Origin: Octopus sinensis
Lineage: Eukaryota
Length of the DNA: 64,000 nucleotides
Direction of reading: 5' to 3'
NCBI RefSeq assembly: GCF_006345805.1
Contig: NW_021833240.1
Coordinates: 17,111-81,110 of the forward strand
The stretch's first letter is position 1; each line of letters opens with the position of its first letter. Both the position numbers and the translations under genes were made by a program. The notes beneath the pieces are model-generated. The model did not search any database, was not told the origin of the DNA, and saw only the letters and a program-made list of their open reading frames with translations. Below, piece by piece: positions 37,100 to 51,530 of the stretch.

Positions 37100-38599
37100 T
37101 GTGGTGTGTGTGTGTGTTTGTAAATTACCGGAAATAGCTCACTGCTTTGGTTATTCGTTCTCATATAGAGTGACAGAACAGTATGATTTAACGAAGGACT
37201 TATTTAAAATAATCACCTGAAGCAACGCGTCTCACACTTTTGATGGATGATAGTGATTCTGCTAAATGTATCATCTCACCGATGCTAATTGTATCATCCC
37301 CTTAAGTAAGTTCTATCATCTCACCAATGCACTACGAGTGTAATGATGCGTCAAAGCAATTGTAGTAATTTACATACAGAATATCGTCCACTCAACTTCC
37401 TATTATTCATCTCTATTTATCTTTTACTTGGTTCAGCCATTTCACTGCTGCCGCGTTGGGCCGCCGTCATAATGAGGTTTAGTCCAACAAATGGAACTTA
37501 GGTCTTATCTTTCTGAAGACTAGTGTTTACACTATCGGTCCGTTTTGCTGAAACGCTAAGTTATAGGTACGTAAAAACACCGACAACTTATATCATGCGG
37601 TGGCGGTGAGGGCCAAACAAGAAGACGCAGACTTACACACACATATAATTCAAATTTACAGAAAGCAAAAGACGAAGACAGGTGAAAGAAGCACAGGCAG
37701 GTGTATTAGTTTTACTCACGTGAAGAATGGAAAAGATGTGACGAAAATAAATTCTGTGAACTTCAAAATATAACACAAACAACGGAGCTCACTTGGAATT
37801 TAATAGCTCCTCAGACGCCAACTTCAGCACTAGTGCGCATACATTAACCACAGTAATTATAAACTCATTAAAAAATCAATTACCACAACAGAACAAATGC
37901 TTACATCCCAATTAAACACCGTAAGAACAGACATTGTTAATTTGACGGAAATCAGAGACGATCCCAGAAGAAATACATCAACAACACACGCGGCCGAAAT
38001 AAATCTTGACAACAAACGAGTAAACAAGGAATTCAGACACAAAAAATAAAAACAAGAGAAGCACAAATGAGGGAAACATAAATCAGAAATTAAGAGTAAA
38101 ATGTTATGCACTGTAATTAGTCGGATTAAGAATTTAAACAAAACTATAAAGGTATCAACAGTAAAAGTAACAACACCGGCACCACAGGCAGTTTCAATAA
38201 CAAACACAGTGTCCCAGTTATTCCAGCAATTAAGTAAATGACCTAAAAATGTTACTCCACCGCAACTGCCACTTCAATTCTCGCCATTTTATCGTTCGAC
38301 CTTAAATAGCCCGAAATACACAAAGGTTTTGAAATTAGTAATATAACTAAAATTACGAAATTATCAGAGAAATAGAATGCGTCTCCACAGTAATCACAAT
38401 AAATATAATGAATATGTTATGTTCACTAGTTGCAGGTATGGGTTTGTGTTTAAAAAGATCGGCTATGAACCATGATGTTTCGGGTTCAGTCCCATTGCAG
38501 TCCATGTCGGGGAATTATCTACTTCTGTCGTTTCGCGTTGACCGAAGTTTTCTGAGTGAATTTAGCAAAGAGAAGCCAGAAACCGTGTGGAAACTTGTC

Positions 38600-38647
38600 A
38601 TGTATATCTATCTATCAATCTATCTATCTATCTATCTATCTATCTAC

Positions 38648-38680
<33 letters not shown>

Positions 38681-38709
38681 AATCTATCTATCAATCTATC
38701 TATCTATCA

Positions 38710-38763
<54 letters not shown>

Positions 38764-38830
38764 CTACCTATCTATCTATCTACCTATCTATCTATCTATC
38801 TATCTATCTACCTACCTATCTATCTATCAT
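38600..38830. repeat. (TATC)n microsatellite
   Basis: Direct reading. Similar compound tetranucleotide tracts at ~40900-41470, 41700-41890 (CATA) and 62840-63210 (CCTA/CATA). Confidence 0.95.
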
Positions 38831-39079
38831 ATATAAAATCTTTTACCTTCACTTTCGAAATTATAACAATTAGTGGTTTGGAGTTTAACTGCACTTTCTA
38901 GTGAGTCAGATATCCTATTTCTTTGATATTTCTTATGTGTTTGAATGTACACTATATACTTCTCTATCTATATATCCTATATATATATACATATATATAT
39001 ATATAGGCACATGCATACATATATGTATACAGCCACGTATACATACATACATACATATATATATACGTTGTTTGTAGCA

Positions 39080-39788
39080 GTGCTTGGAATGTGATCGCAG
39101 CATTGACTATGACAAAAAGTCGTTGAGTCGATACCTGATCAGATGCCTACAGACATTTTCAGAAAATGTATGGAAAGGAGTGTATGTGACACACACAAGT
39201 GTACGAGTGATTCAGACGTTTCCAACATGGCCGAAAAATGTTGATATTGACGAATATTCTGGGCGACCCGCAATCAGCAGAACTGAGAAAAACATCGCAG
39301 AAGAGCATGCAGCTGCAAGGGGAAACATCAGTTTCTTTTAAGAGGACGTGCAGATTAGTTATTGTTCAGTTCAGTCCATTATCCTTGAGGATTTCGGTAT
39401 GAGACGCGTGTCAGGTAAGTTTGTGCCAAAACCTCTTTCAGCTGAGCAAAAAGACACAATCAGGTTTCAGGTGCACAAAATTTTCTTGATTGTGACAAAA
39501 ACGAGGAAAACATTTTGAAAACGTTTGCGTAGGCCTCTTAGCTGGTATCGCCAAGCTTTTGGCAAACATTGATGTAGATCCTCTTCTCAACTTCTCTGAT
39601 GGTCAATGCGACAATCACACACTACACACCTTCCTTCAAAGCACTGCTGTAAACACCAGAAGTGAGCTGGATCGCTGAAATTTCGTGGGCATACACAGAG
39701 GAGGTCAGGGTCAATCTTCGCCAAGCGGCTTTACTCTGCGTGCTTTAGATTCGTTAATATGGCAATACTCCGAAAACTTATTGCCGTA
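39080..39788 (+). mobile_element. Mariner-family transposon, internally deleted
   Basis: Translation resembling DEYSGRPAISRTEKNI...EDFGMRRVSGKFVPKPLSAEQK, i.e. the mariner N-terminal HTH and linker; TIR-like end ctccgaaaacttattgccg followed by TA. Confidence 0.75.
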
Positions 39789-40357
39789 TATATTTGTGTG
39801 TGTGCGTACATTCATCCATCCATCCATCCATCCACCCATCCAAACATACATACATACATACATACATACATACATGCATACATACATATACACACATATA
39901 AACGTATGTATAAATGCATGCAATCATATGAGTGAATAATCCGGGCGAAGGCCCTGAAGCGTTAAAACATGGATGTAAATGCATTGTTGGAGTTTTTGTA
40001 GGTTATTCATGTTCCAATAGTCCAGACATGCGCGATGAACTTGCCTATATCTAGCCAATAACATGGTATCACGTCAAAAAATCCTCGTAGAGATGCAATG
40101 GAAAATTGCTTTCGTATCTTCTTATGGAACTCACTTGTCAAATAAAGCACCAAAGGTGATCTGGTGGAAGAAATCTTCTACACATGCTCACACACGCGTG
40201 CGGATGAGCGCAATAATACTTGTACACACACATATATATGTATAAATATATACACACACACACACACACACACTGCATGTGTATCTATGTGTTGGCATAT
40301 TCATATATATATATATACGAATGAATAAATATACGTGTGTGTAATACATGCTATATA

Positions 40358-40433
<76 letters not shown>

Positions 40434-40940
40434 CATACGTACGTTCATACATTTATATGCGTGTGTATGTGTGTGTGCATGTGTGTGCCGCTCCCTTTAT
40501 AATGTTTTTAACAAGCAGCACCTTCAGGTTCAACCTTAAAACATTGTTCTTCCTCACCTTGCTATTATTTCCATTCCCCTGTCACACACCTCTCATTCTC
40601 ACCGTTATTCTTCCCTCCCTCTTCATTCAGTTTCCCTTCCTATCTATAACATTTCAGTTTTACATTCCTATTTGATCTTATCCAACATTTGTTTCCCTTA
40701 CATCTCTTCGCTTTCTTTATATTATTCGCTTAATCGTCAAACTTTTTTCACCTTTCGTGTTGCTTTTTCATTTCCTTTATTTATTTATATTCAAATCATT
40801 TTCTCGCCCATTTACAATTTTTCTCTGCGGAAACTCCGTATTCATTCTTCTGCGCTCTCTTTTCTGTTTTTTTCTTACATCTTTTTCACTTCATCTCTGC
40901 CTTGCTTTTATCTATCTATCTATTGTATATCTTCTTTCTA

Positions 40941-40980
<40 letters not shown>

Positions 40981-40985
40981 CCTAC

Positions 40986-41059
<74 letters not shown>

Positions 41060-41198
41060 GTCTGTCTGTCTATATATATATATATAACAATCTATCTATC
41101 AATCTATCTATCTATCTATCTTTCTGTCTATCTATCTATCTATATATCTATCTGTCTTTCTCTCAGTCTATAAGTCTGTCTATCTATTTTTCTGTCAG

Positions 41199-41273
<75 letters not shown>

Positions 41274-41351
41274 CTCTGTCAATCTATCTATCTATCAGTC
41301 TTTCTGTCTGTCTATCAATCTATCTGTCTATCTATTTTTCTGTCAGTCTAC

Positions 41352-41473
<122 letters not shown>

Positions 41474-43000
41474 CACTCTTTCTGTCTGTCTGTCTGTCTG
41501 TCCGTTTGCCTGTCTATGTATCTGGCTAGTTATCTATGTATCTATCAGTCTACATATCCGCCGGTCTGACTGTCCCTGTATCTATTTATTTTCCCTTTGT
41601 TTCCATTAAAGTGCACGTGGAAAAGAATATATGTGTTTGTATGTGTGTGGTGTGTGTGTGTGTGTTTGTTTCTGTGTGTATGTATATGTATATGCACATA
41701 CATACATACATACATACATACATACATACATACATACATACATACACATACATACATACATACATACATACATACATACATACACATACATACATACATA
41801 CATACATACATACATACATACATACATACATGCATACATACATACATACATACATACACACATACATACATACATACATACACACATACATCGCTATTCA
41901 CTGTCTATTGCTATTTGACACAGTTCAAATTGGCAGTGGAGCATATCTCAAAAGGAAAGATTTCTCTTCTACAGATTCTGTATCAAAGAATTCAATGAGC
42001 TGGAACAACAGAAATAACATTAAAGTAGAAATCACACATACACACAAAAAAACATGCGTACGCACACATACATATATATATACACAATCCTAGTTGTATG
42101 TATATATGCACCAGCAAAAGTTAAGTCGCATGAAAAAGCGAAGATCAAGTAATGTTAATAGTTATTCTAATACCCTACGTTGCGGTGGAGTTGATGGCCG
42201 ACAGGCGCGGCATGATGTCGCGGTGGGAAGTTGGATCCAACCTCGCCGCCTACGCACCGCGCTACTCGTAGCTCGGCAAAGTGCTGCCGAAATTATGCAC
42301 ACAACTCCTTGGATGCGAATAGCACGCACCCGGCCCGGTCCTTCAAAGACTGATTTGTGGCTGTGTTGCCAATTACTCCTCTGCCTTCAAGGCCCAAAGA
42401 ATCGCCTTTATTCCCTTGTGTCTGTAGCTAATGTGTTGGTGTTAATGGTTGTAATATTGGCGGCGTTGATTTAATTACCGCATTGTATGTGTGAAGGTAC
42501 TGCTTTTGTCTTTCTTGCTCATTGTTGTTATAGCCTTGGATGGTGTTGCTTTTGTTGGTGATGTTGGTGTTTTATTGTTGCTACTGATTCTGCTGCTTCT
42601 ACATCTTTCCATGTTTGATACGTTAGGATGCGGGAAGTGCGAAAAACAATTTCGTTTTTAAAGACACCTTCTATCTTCCTCTCTTCTTGGTTTGGCGACG
42701 AAGATGACGCCATTTTTATTTTGTTTTGATATTTTGAAAAGTAATATTTCCTTCTCGACATTTCGTTCCTTTAAGGAGATAAGAATGATTTTTGCTAAGA
42801 CCCTAATGATCTGCTCGAAATACGACATACTATACAACAAAAAAGAAAAAATATATCATAAGATAAACATGTCAATAACTCAAAGAGCGTTCATGTCAGT
42901 TATAGTCTTGACGATAAACAACAACGACGCCGACAATAACGACAACAACAACAACAAATACAACAACAAAGACAACGACAACGACAATAATAACAATAAT

Positions 43001-43525
43001 AGCAGTTTCAATCATGGCTCTCGTGGCTTCTGATCTTAACTGATTGGAAGTGTTATCATGTACATTATTTCGTCTTGGTATGAAAGATGAGCTACAACAA
43101 ATATTCTGCTCAATACCACAGATTTGCTTGTCAGTTGTTTGACCATAACCAGTTGAGCATGTCCCTTAGTGGCTGACGATATGTGCATCTCTGATCACGA
43201 GCAGAAGTAGTGGGGGAGCATCTTGGCCGTGTGTTGAGAGGCATTCTTTGGGCTTTCGATAATTCACCTCTGGAAACATAGGTGTTTCGTTCAATATCCT
43301 TAAAAAACACTTATTGAGGGACCTTTTGAGCAGGATGGGTTACTCAACCAGAAGAAAATTCTAATTGGGCTCCACCTGCAAGGTCATGCGATGTTTATCT
43401 TGATATGATATCACCATGTCACGCACATATAGTTGTGATGTATGTACCTGGTGTACACTATCAGACAGGTACTCGGGATTGGTATATTGGGCTTCCTATA
43501 TTTGTACACCACTGCTCTCTCGCGC
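43001..43525 (+). mobile_element. Element X, longer copy
   Basis: Reverse complement of 22473-22958 plus ~60 bp of extra 5' sequence; flanked by AAC/AAT tracts. Confidence 0.75.
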
Positions 43526-43541
43526 AATGATAATAATAATG

Positions 43542-43575
<34 letters not shown>

Positions 43576-43979
43576 TAATAGAAATGATGATGATGATGAA
43601 GATGATGATCATCATCATCATCATCATAAGGAGGAGGAATAAGAGCAGGATGAGAATGATGCTTTTCAAATGTTTCTGCAAACACAGGAAAGTTTTAAAT
43701 GAAGGGTAAGCCATTACACAGGACTCGGCATTTGACTGGGACTTTATTGTACTGGTCCTCAAAGGATGAAACACACCAGATTGTGATGAGAGCTGGAAAC
43801 GTAAAGAGCCGGAAGTGGGCAAGGAGAGCGAAAAGATAGAAATGTTTTATCTTTAATAATGTGTGGGGGTTAAATAGAATATATTACCGATTGAAAACGA
43901 AAATGGCGCTGAAAGACAAAAAATGGGTGACTGAGGAAGGAAAAGAAGCAGTAAAATGAAGAAAACGAAGAAGGATAAG

Positions 43980-44188
43980 GAGGAGATGTTGTTGATGATG
44001 ATGATGATGATGATGATGTGACGACGATGGTGATGATGATGATCATGATCATGACGATGATGATGAATAGTAGGAGAAGACTTCATTAAATGCAACAGCA
44101 CGACACGGAAGCAACTTCTGAAGAATGTAATCGCTGTTATGATCATCGCTACAACAAAAACAATATGATTAAAATAATAATAATAATG

Positions 44189-44255
<67 letters not shown>

Positions 44256-44299
44256 TGATGATGATAATAATAATAATAATAATAATGATGATGGTGATG

Positions 44300-44332
<33 letters not shown>

Positions 44333-44390
44333 TAATATTAATAATAATAATAATAATAATAATATAATAATAATAATAATAATAATAAAC
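43980..44390. repeat. Compound (GAT)n/(AAT)n microsatellite
   Basis: Direct reading. Confidence 0.9.
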
Positions 44391-45564
44391 GACAGCAAAT
44401 ATAACAGCAATTTGAAAATGAACAGCAGATGTAACAAGACTCCAATTGGTTTCATTTTTGACTAAAATGTTTGCTATATTTTAGAATGAGAGTACATGGC
44501 TTTGATGCGTTTCACGTAGAATGTCAGTTTAAGAAAATATTTTTCCCAAGATATTGAAATAAAATAATAGAAATACGATGACAAAAATCAATGCAGTTTG
44601 ACATCGATCATACTCATCATAAGTTAAACTGTCACGGAATGGGCCACACTAAGCTCCGCTTGTGATTACCTTGTCGGTAGCTATAATGGTTTCCTTCGAC
44701 GTCTTTTGAAAAATTTTACTGTTGCTAGCCCTTAGTTCAGCTTTCCTCTCTGAGGTGGTCTGGAGTAGGCTGGCATTCTCATTTGAATTTCAGCAATCAA
44801 TCAGAATTGTGCCGATTTGATTTTGAGATGAATATATAGACTGAAAGATATTAATTAGACTTTGACCCTGAGTTCACATCTCGCCGAGGTTGACTTTGCC
44901 TTTCATCCATTCAGAGTCGATAAAGTAAGTACCAGTTGAAAGCTTGGGTCGCTGTAATCGACTTATCCTCTCCCTTGAAATTGCTGGCCTTGTGCTAAAA
45001 TTCGAAATCAATATTGCTAAATATTTGACTAAGCATATGTTTGTTGTTTGCTATCAATATACCAATTAGACATTTACGTTCTGATTTAAAATTCCGCGCT
45101 GGTCGACTTAGGCGTTCTTCCTTTCGAGGCTGATAAAAATAATACCAACTGAGTACTAGAATCAGTGTAATCGTCTTCAAAATACCATAAAATTTCTGAA
45201 AATTTGAATTCATTATATTAATTAGACAGTTTTTTTTATATATTACTACCTCAACACGATTTTATAACAATAAGAACGAGATTTCGATAAAAAACGATTT
45301 AACAACAAATGCTGAAAGTATGAAAGCATATTGGTGCACTTAGTGAACAAGTTATAAAATAGTAACTAAAATATCCCTTCAAGATTTTAGGCGCATATAT
45401 AGCAATGAAGTAAAAAGCTTGCTTTTCAACAGCCTAGTTCTGTGTTCAATCCCACTGCATTTCAACCTGAGCAAGTGTCATCAACAATAGGTTCGAACTG
45501 ACCAAAGCTTTGTCAGTGAATTTGGTAGGCGGGAACTAAAGGAAGCTATTCATCTGTCTATCTA

Positions 45565-45631
<67 letters not shown>

Positions 45632-45722
45632 GTGTGTGTGCGTGTGTGCGTGTGTTTCTTTGTGTATGTGTTTGCCTCACTACTGATTGACAAGCAGTGT
45701 TGGTGTGTTTATGTCCAAGTAA

Positions 45723-46108
45723 GTGGAGGCGCAATGGCCCAGTGGTTAGAGCAGCGGACTCGCGGTCGTAGGATCGCGGTTTCGATTCCCAGACCGGGCG
45801 TTGTGAGTGTTTATTGAGCGAAAACACCTAAAGCTCCACGAGGCTCCGGCAGGGGATGGTGGTGATCCCTGCTGTACTCTTTCACCACAACTTTCTCTCA
45901 CTCTTACTTCCTGTTTCTGGTGTATCTGTATTTCAAAGGGCCGGCCTTGTCACTCTCTGTGTCACGCTGAATATCCCCGAGAACTACGTTAAGGGTACAC
46001 GTGTCTGTGGAGTGCTCAGCCACTTACACGATAATTTCACGAGCAGGCTGTTCCGTTGATTCGGATCAACCGGAACCCTCGTCGTCGTAACCGACGGAGT
46101 GCTTCCAC
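45723..46108 (+). mobile_element. SINE family C, full length, with 12-bp TSD, inserted into an old family B copy
   Basis: ATGTCCAAGTAA at 45711-45722 and 46109-46120; A box TGGCCCAGTGG; B box GGTTTCGATTCC. Confidence 0.92.
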
Positions 46109-46748
46109 ATGTCCAAGTAACCAAATCTATGAAAGACATATGTATTGGTGTCGATTCGTTCGACTACAATTCTTCATGGTGGTGTTATAACATCGCTGCA
46201 GACTGATGAGTGAAACAAGTGTAAGGCAAACTATACTGCGCAGAAAGTGCAGAAAGTAACATCACCTTTCTTTTCGAGACCAGTTCAACCCTGAATGAAT
46301 AGGGACCAAAATATAAAATAACTTAGTTGATTATCACACGTTACAGATGACATGTTAATTGGCAATTAAATCTTTCATTTTTCGATTTGATCAAACAGTG
46401 ACAACCACTTTGACATTAACTCACATTAATTACGATCAAACAAGGTTTACAGAACAATAGCGTGTTTGAATTTTGATTTTCTCAATCATGATTCAATAGG
46501 CGCTGCGCAACCTGTGATTTTATATGTGTCACATCATGACTAAAATGGCGCTGTTGAGAATATTTCAACATTCATCGACGCAGGCATGGCTGTGTGGTAA
46601 AAAGCTCGATTCCCTACCAAACGGCTCCGGGTTCAGTCCCACTGTTTCGAAACTTGGACAAGTGTATTTTAATATAACCTCGAGCCGACTAAAGCCTTAT
46701 GGGTGGATTTGGTAGAAGGAAACTAAAAGAAGCCAGTCGTATATATAT

Positions 46749-47167
46749 AGGCGCAGGAGTGGCTGCGTGGTAAGTAGCTTGCTAACCAACCACATGGTTC
46801 CGGGTTCAGTCCCACTGCGTGATATCTTGGGCAAGTGTCTTCTGCTATAGCCCCGGGCCGACCAATGCCTTGTGAGTAGATTTGGTAGACGGAAACTGAA
46901 AGAAGCCTGTCGCATATATGTATATATATATATTTGTATGTGTGTGTGTGTTTGTGTGTCTGTGTTTGTCTCCCTAGCATTGCTTGACAACCGATGCTGG
47001 TGTGTTTACGTCCCCGTCACTTAGCGGTTCGGCATAATAGACCGATAGAATAAGTACTGGGCTTACAAAGAATAAGTCCCGGGGTCGATTTGCTCGACTA
47101 AAGGCGGTGTTCCAGCATGGCCGCAGTCAAATGACTGAAACAAGTAAAAGAGTAAAAGAGTAAAGAG
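46749..47167 (+). mobile_element. Young SINE family B nested in the internal (TA)n of an older family B copy
   Basis: Host head at ~46580-46748; host 3' half resumes at ~47168-47423. Confidence 0.9.
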
Positions 47168-47845
47168 TATATGTGTGTGTCTGTGTGTGTGTATATGCAT
47201 TTGTGTCTGTGTTTGTATCACACCGCCGCTTGATAACCCATGTTGGTGTGTTTGTCCCTGTAACTTAGCAGTTCGACAAAAGCTAACGATAGAGTAAGTA
47301 GTAGGCTTTAAAAGAAAACAAATACCGAGGTCGATTTATTTTAATTATACTTCTTCAAGGTTTTAACCCAGCATGGTCGCTATCTAATGACTGAAACAAG
47401 TAGAAGATAAAGAATAAAAGATAAATAAGTCTTCTCAACCATGGCTATCCTTACGGTGAACAAAGACAACAACAAAAATAATCTTAACATAATGAACACC
47501 ATTAATTAATCAATTTGTATTCCTCTTCCCTATTTCTTTTTCTGTCACAGTTATTGCGCTCTAAGTAATTAGCGCATTCCCTTGTAATTAGAACGCCATC
47601 ATCGTTATTGCAAACGCACGATTGAAACAAAGATGAGAGAACATGTTCAAACGACCTCCTGCAAACAACAGTAAATGCTTCTTCAAATTACAACCCACAA
47701 TTCTTTATTGAAGGACACATTAAGTAATAATCTCTTGGGCGCACAAAAAGACGCGATAATTAAAGGTGGAGAGCAATCGTCAGTATACCTTCTCGGTTAG
47801 AGTCAAAATAATTGGTTTTAGGTAGCAACAGCAGCAGCTACAACG

Positions 47846-47900
<55 letters not shown>

Positions 47901-48395
47901 TACCACGTGGACAAAACGAACAACACCAGTCAATATAACAACAATTTATGCCAAGAATATTTGCCTATGGTTTCTACAGTAACTTATGACTTCGAACGTT
48001 GATGTTAGCATTAGTTGGGTGGAATTTCCTTATTTTCTTTCGATACCCCGTCCCAAATGGCGTTAAGCATCGAAAGTGTCCCACTTACGACTGCATATAA
48101 ACCGCATATAAATAGTCAAGCATCAAAACCTCTCATAGGCGAAGAAGGCAAATTCAACGTTTAGGCCTCTACTTGATCACTTCCCTTACTGCCAATATCA
48201 ACGATTCCTACGTCCCTCAAATGAAGCAGGCCCAAAGATTTTTCAGAGGAAATTGAGGAAATGTGATTCTTTTGATGATGTATTCGTGTAACCTCTCTTT
48301 CTCTCTGTGTGTATAATATACATACATATATACATACATACACCTCACACACACACATATGTATGTATATAATATGTATATAAATGAATACATAC

Positions 48396-48480
<85 letters not shown>

Positions 48481-48731
48481 TTACTCCAAACATGAACCAA
48501 GAGAAAACACAACAACGCGAGGACGTGGAATAAGTATAGTGTTATTGCACTAAATTATAATTTTAATAATAATTATTATCCTTAAAAGTGTTTATTCCTA
48601 GGCTTGCCACTTGATAAGTTCGATATTTAAATAACGATCTTATCCTTATTTATATAAATTTATATATATATATATGTGTGTGTGTGTGTGCCTGTGTGTG
48701 TATGTATGTATGTATATATGTAGATACATAT

Positions 48732-48806
<75 letters not shown>

Positions 48807-49849
48807 AAGTAGATATAAATGGCAATATGTTTGCGGGTCCAATGTGTTTGATGGGAAGACTGATCAATGAGTACTGATCTGAATGTAAAACTCTACCAAC
48901 ATTAATATTACATTTCACATTCGACAGTGAACTAGAGAGGGAGCCACTATATGATCATCCACTTATTTTATACAAAGCAACCAATTCCCACTTGAAAATC
49001 ACCTTAACGCCTTACAACATAATTACATTCAATGAAGTATTTTGTTGACTGGTTGTCCATATAAAATAGTTGGAATGGTCACCAAGAGAACATTTTCATC
49101 GTCGTGCTGCTAAATCGTGGATGACTTGGCGCCAAACCACAAGAAATGAGAAAGCCGATTGAGGAGGATTTGCGTCGTTGTTCTTCAATTCTTTAAATAT
49201 AGCAGCCAAATCTTGCTCTTACTCCACTCAAACAACTTATAGACAGAAAAATGCTTTTAACCTTGCCATAAAAGGATGGTCCTGATTGGAACGTCTTTCA
49301 CGAAAGTTCTTTCAATGTGGGTTGCCAAAAGTTAAACAGAAACAAAAACATCCATCGTAACGAAATTAAAACGAAAGGCATCACGTGACCACTTAACCAT
49401 TTACTTTGCTCCCGAGATAAAATAATGCAGCAGTAAAGGCGACTTCATTATGCTATCGACCATATACTTATTGCAGATGACCCAGGGTTAAACGAAATTA
49501 ACGCCTCTTTAACAACAGTAACATCAACAATAATGGCAATAGCATTAGCATAAATAAATGAATAGATTCTGAAATATTTTCTCCTTTATTTCCGTGATAA
49601 TGAAACTAAGCACGAGATGAAGAATAAATTACAGAAAGAGAAACAAAGAGAATAAAAAAAAATAGTATTTCCCATCATATGTATTAAATTTCTATCAAAA
49701 AACAACACGCAATAAAAACGAACAATAGAAACAAGAGCCTGTCAGCCCAACGGGACTGCGTAACATATTTGTCAGACCTGCTAGAAATAAGAGCTATAAC
49801 CTCCTCTATTCAATCCATCTTTCCTTGAAATAAAGAATGGTACTTTAGT

Positions 49850-50890
49850 TATGGTGATCGATGATATACGGAAAAATGTTCATGACAGTCACCTCTACGG
49901 CTACAGGTTTCATTGTTCAAAGTTGACCGCGATCCAAACATCAACAGAATGGAAAATAACAACCAAGTTTTCCTGGAGAATTACTCGATTCAGACACCAG
50001 TCCTCTTCGCGTCACCACTGCTGTGTTTATAAACCAAATCCTACACTAAACACTTTCCCCATTCATTTGGTTTATAAACGTGCGGAGTGTATCGTTATTG
50101 AGGTTTCCATCTAATTTGCTCAACGGACCCGAGGTAGAGAAAAACACAAGCGTTAAAAGAGCTGTTCTTCCATCTACGAAGTGAGAGTTACGTATATGCT
50201 GGGAATCATTCTACATTAAAACATTTGTGAATCATGTAACGACAAAAGCAAGTGCCTAGACGACTTAAACATTCAAATACTGAGAGTGAAATCCTGATCA
50301 TCTTCTCAAATGATCTTGCAGAAAAAAAAGATAATAAATAAGGAGAAAGGAAAAGAAATGAAAATGTACATCAATGAAGCTTCCCGTTGATTCCACCGGC
50401 TGAAGTTTCGTAGAATATCTATCTTGCTGATGGATTCCAGTCTTGATTTTGGCAGATAGAGACAAATGATTCCTTTTAATTCTCGACAGAGCTCCTTAAA
50501 GGGAAGCAGTCTAAAGAGTACTTATAACTGGTGGGTTTCATGAAACTCCCCAGTGATGAGAACCGCTACCACGTAGATACGCTCTGTTTATCATCAGCAC
50601 TTGTTATCGCGACCTTGATGGTCTCGTAAGACCTCCGCTGAGGCCTATATGACTCACGCATCTTTTCTTCTCCGGCAATTGCATTATGCAACCCTAACGT
50701 AGGTCCCACACATAACAAGTCCAATCGACTCTTCTTCTTCCTTCGGATGTTTTACCTCTGGACTTTTCCCCTTATCTATGACTGTATTAGAACTGATCTT
50801 GAACTCTTTCAAGAACCTCAACCACGTCAACGTTAACCATTTGAAGAACTTACGAAGGCTTTGCACGCAATGTCATCTTGGAAAGCAAGC
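49850..50890 (+). mobile_element. Highly decayed LINE (probably RTE) endonuclease-to-RT linker
   Basis: Scattered remnants: INRMENNNQVFLE (cf. G..N.NG.LLLE), PDHLL-like, FEELTKALHAMSSWKA (cf. EEL..AL..M..GKAPG). Confidence 0.4.
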
Positions 50891-51207
50891 AATAAAGATG
50901 TCAGTCGTCCTTTATACAAGAGACGCAAGCAATATAGTTTTATTTTAATGGACATCAGTGTGGTCTTTTAATAAACAACTTCATTTCAATAAGATTGTCA
51001 TTACAAGAGGACTATCAATGCGATAACAGATATATTGCAATACGATTGCCATTGTAATCTTATACTCTTTACAATAAGACTGACCGGTATTAAAATAATG
51101 ATATCGCTGCAATAACACTGGCACTAGAATAAAACTAAGATGACAACAATACAGTCATTACCATACTACTAACACTGCATTATTTATCATAACAATATAT
51201 CTTTCAG

Positions 51208-51530
51208 AAAGGCGGCAAGCTGGCAGAAACTTTAGCACGCCGGGCGAAATGCGTAGCCGTATTTAGTCTGCCGTTACGTTCTGAGTTCCAATTCCGCCGA
51301 GGTCGACTTTGCCTTTCATCCTTTCGGGGTCGATAAATTAAGTACCAGTTACGCACTGGGGTCGATGTAATCGACTTAATACCTATTTCTGTCCTTGTTT
51401 GTCCCCTCTGTGTTTAGCACCTTGTGGGTAATAAAGAAATACGTATTTCGTCTGCCGTTACGTTCTGAGTTCAAATTCCGCCGAGGTCGACTTAGCCTTT
51501 CATCCTTTCGGGGTCGATAAATTAAGCACC
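51208..51530 (+). mobile_element. SINE family A full copy followed by a partial internal duplication
   Basis: A-box-like TGGCAGAAACTTTAG and B-box-like GAGTTCCAATTCC; 51258-51346 repeated at 51442-51530. Confidence 0.85.

Noticed and set aside
37750-38210. Possible coding exon or LINE ORF1 (KSITTTEQMLTSQLNTVRTDIVNLTEIRDD...)
   Set aside because: Short open stretch without a recognisable motif or convincing splice sites.
45723-45800. tRNA gene
   Set aside because: A and B boxes are present, but the anticodon arm pairs poorly, there is no proper acceptor stem, and it continues into a SINE body with a TSD.
46195-46225. Hammerhead (CTGATGAGTGAAAC)
   Set aside because: No stem II between the core halves; it is a mutated SINE B tail (gactgaaacaagt).
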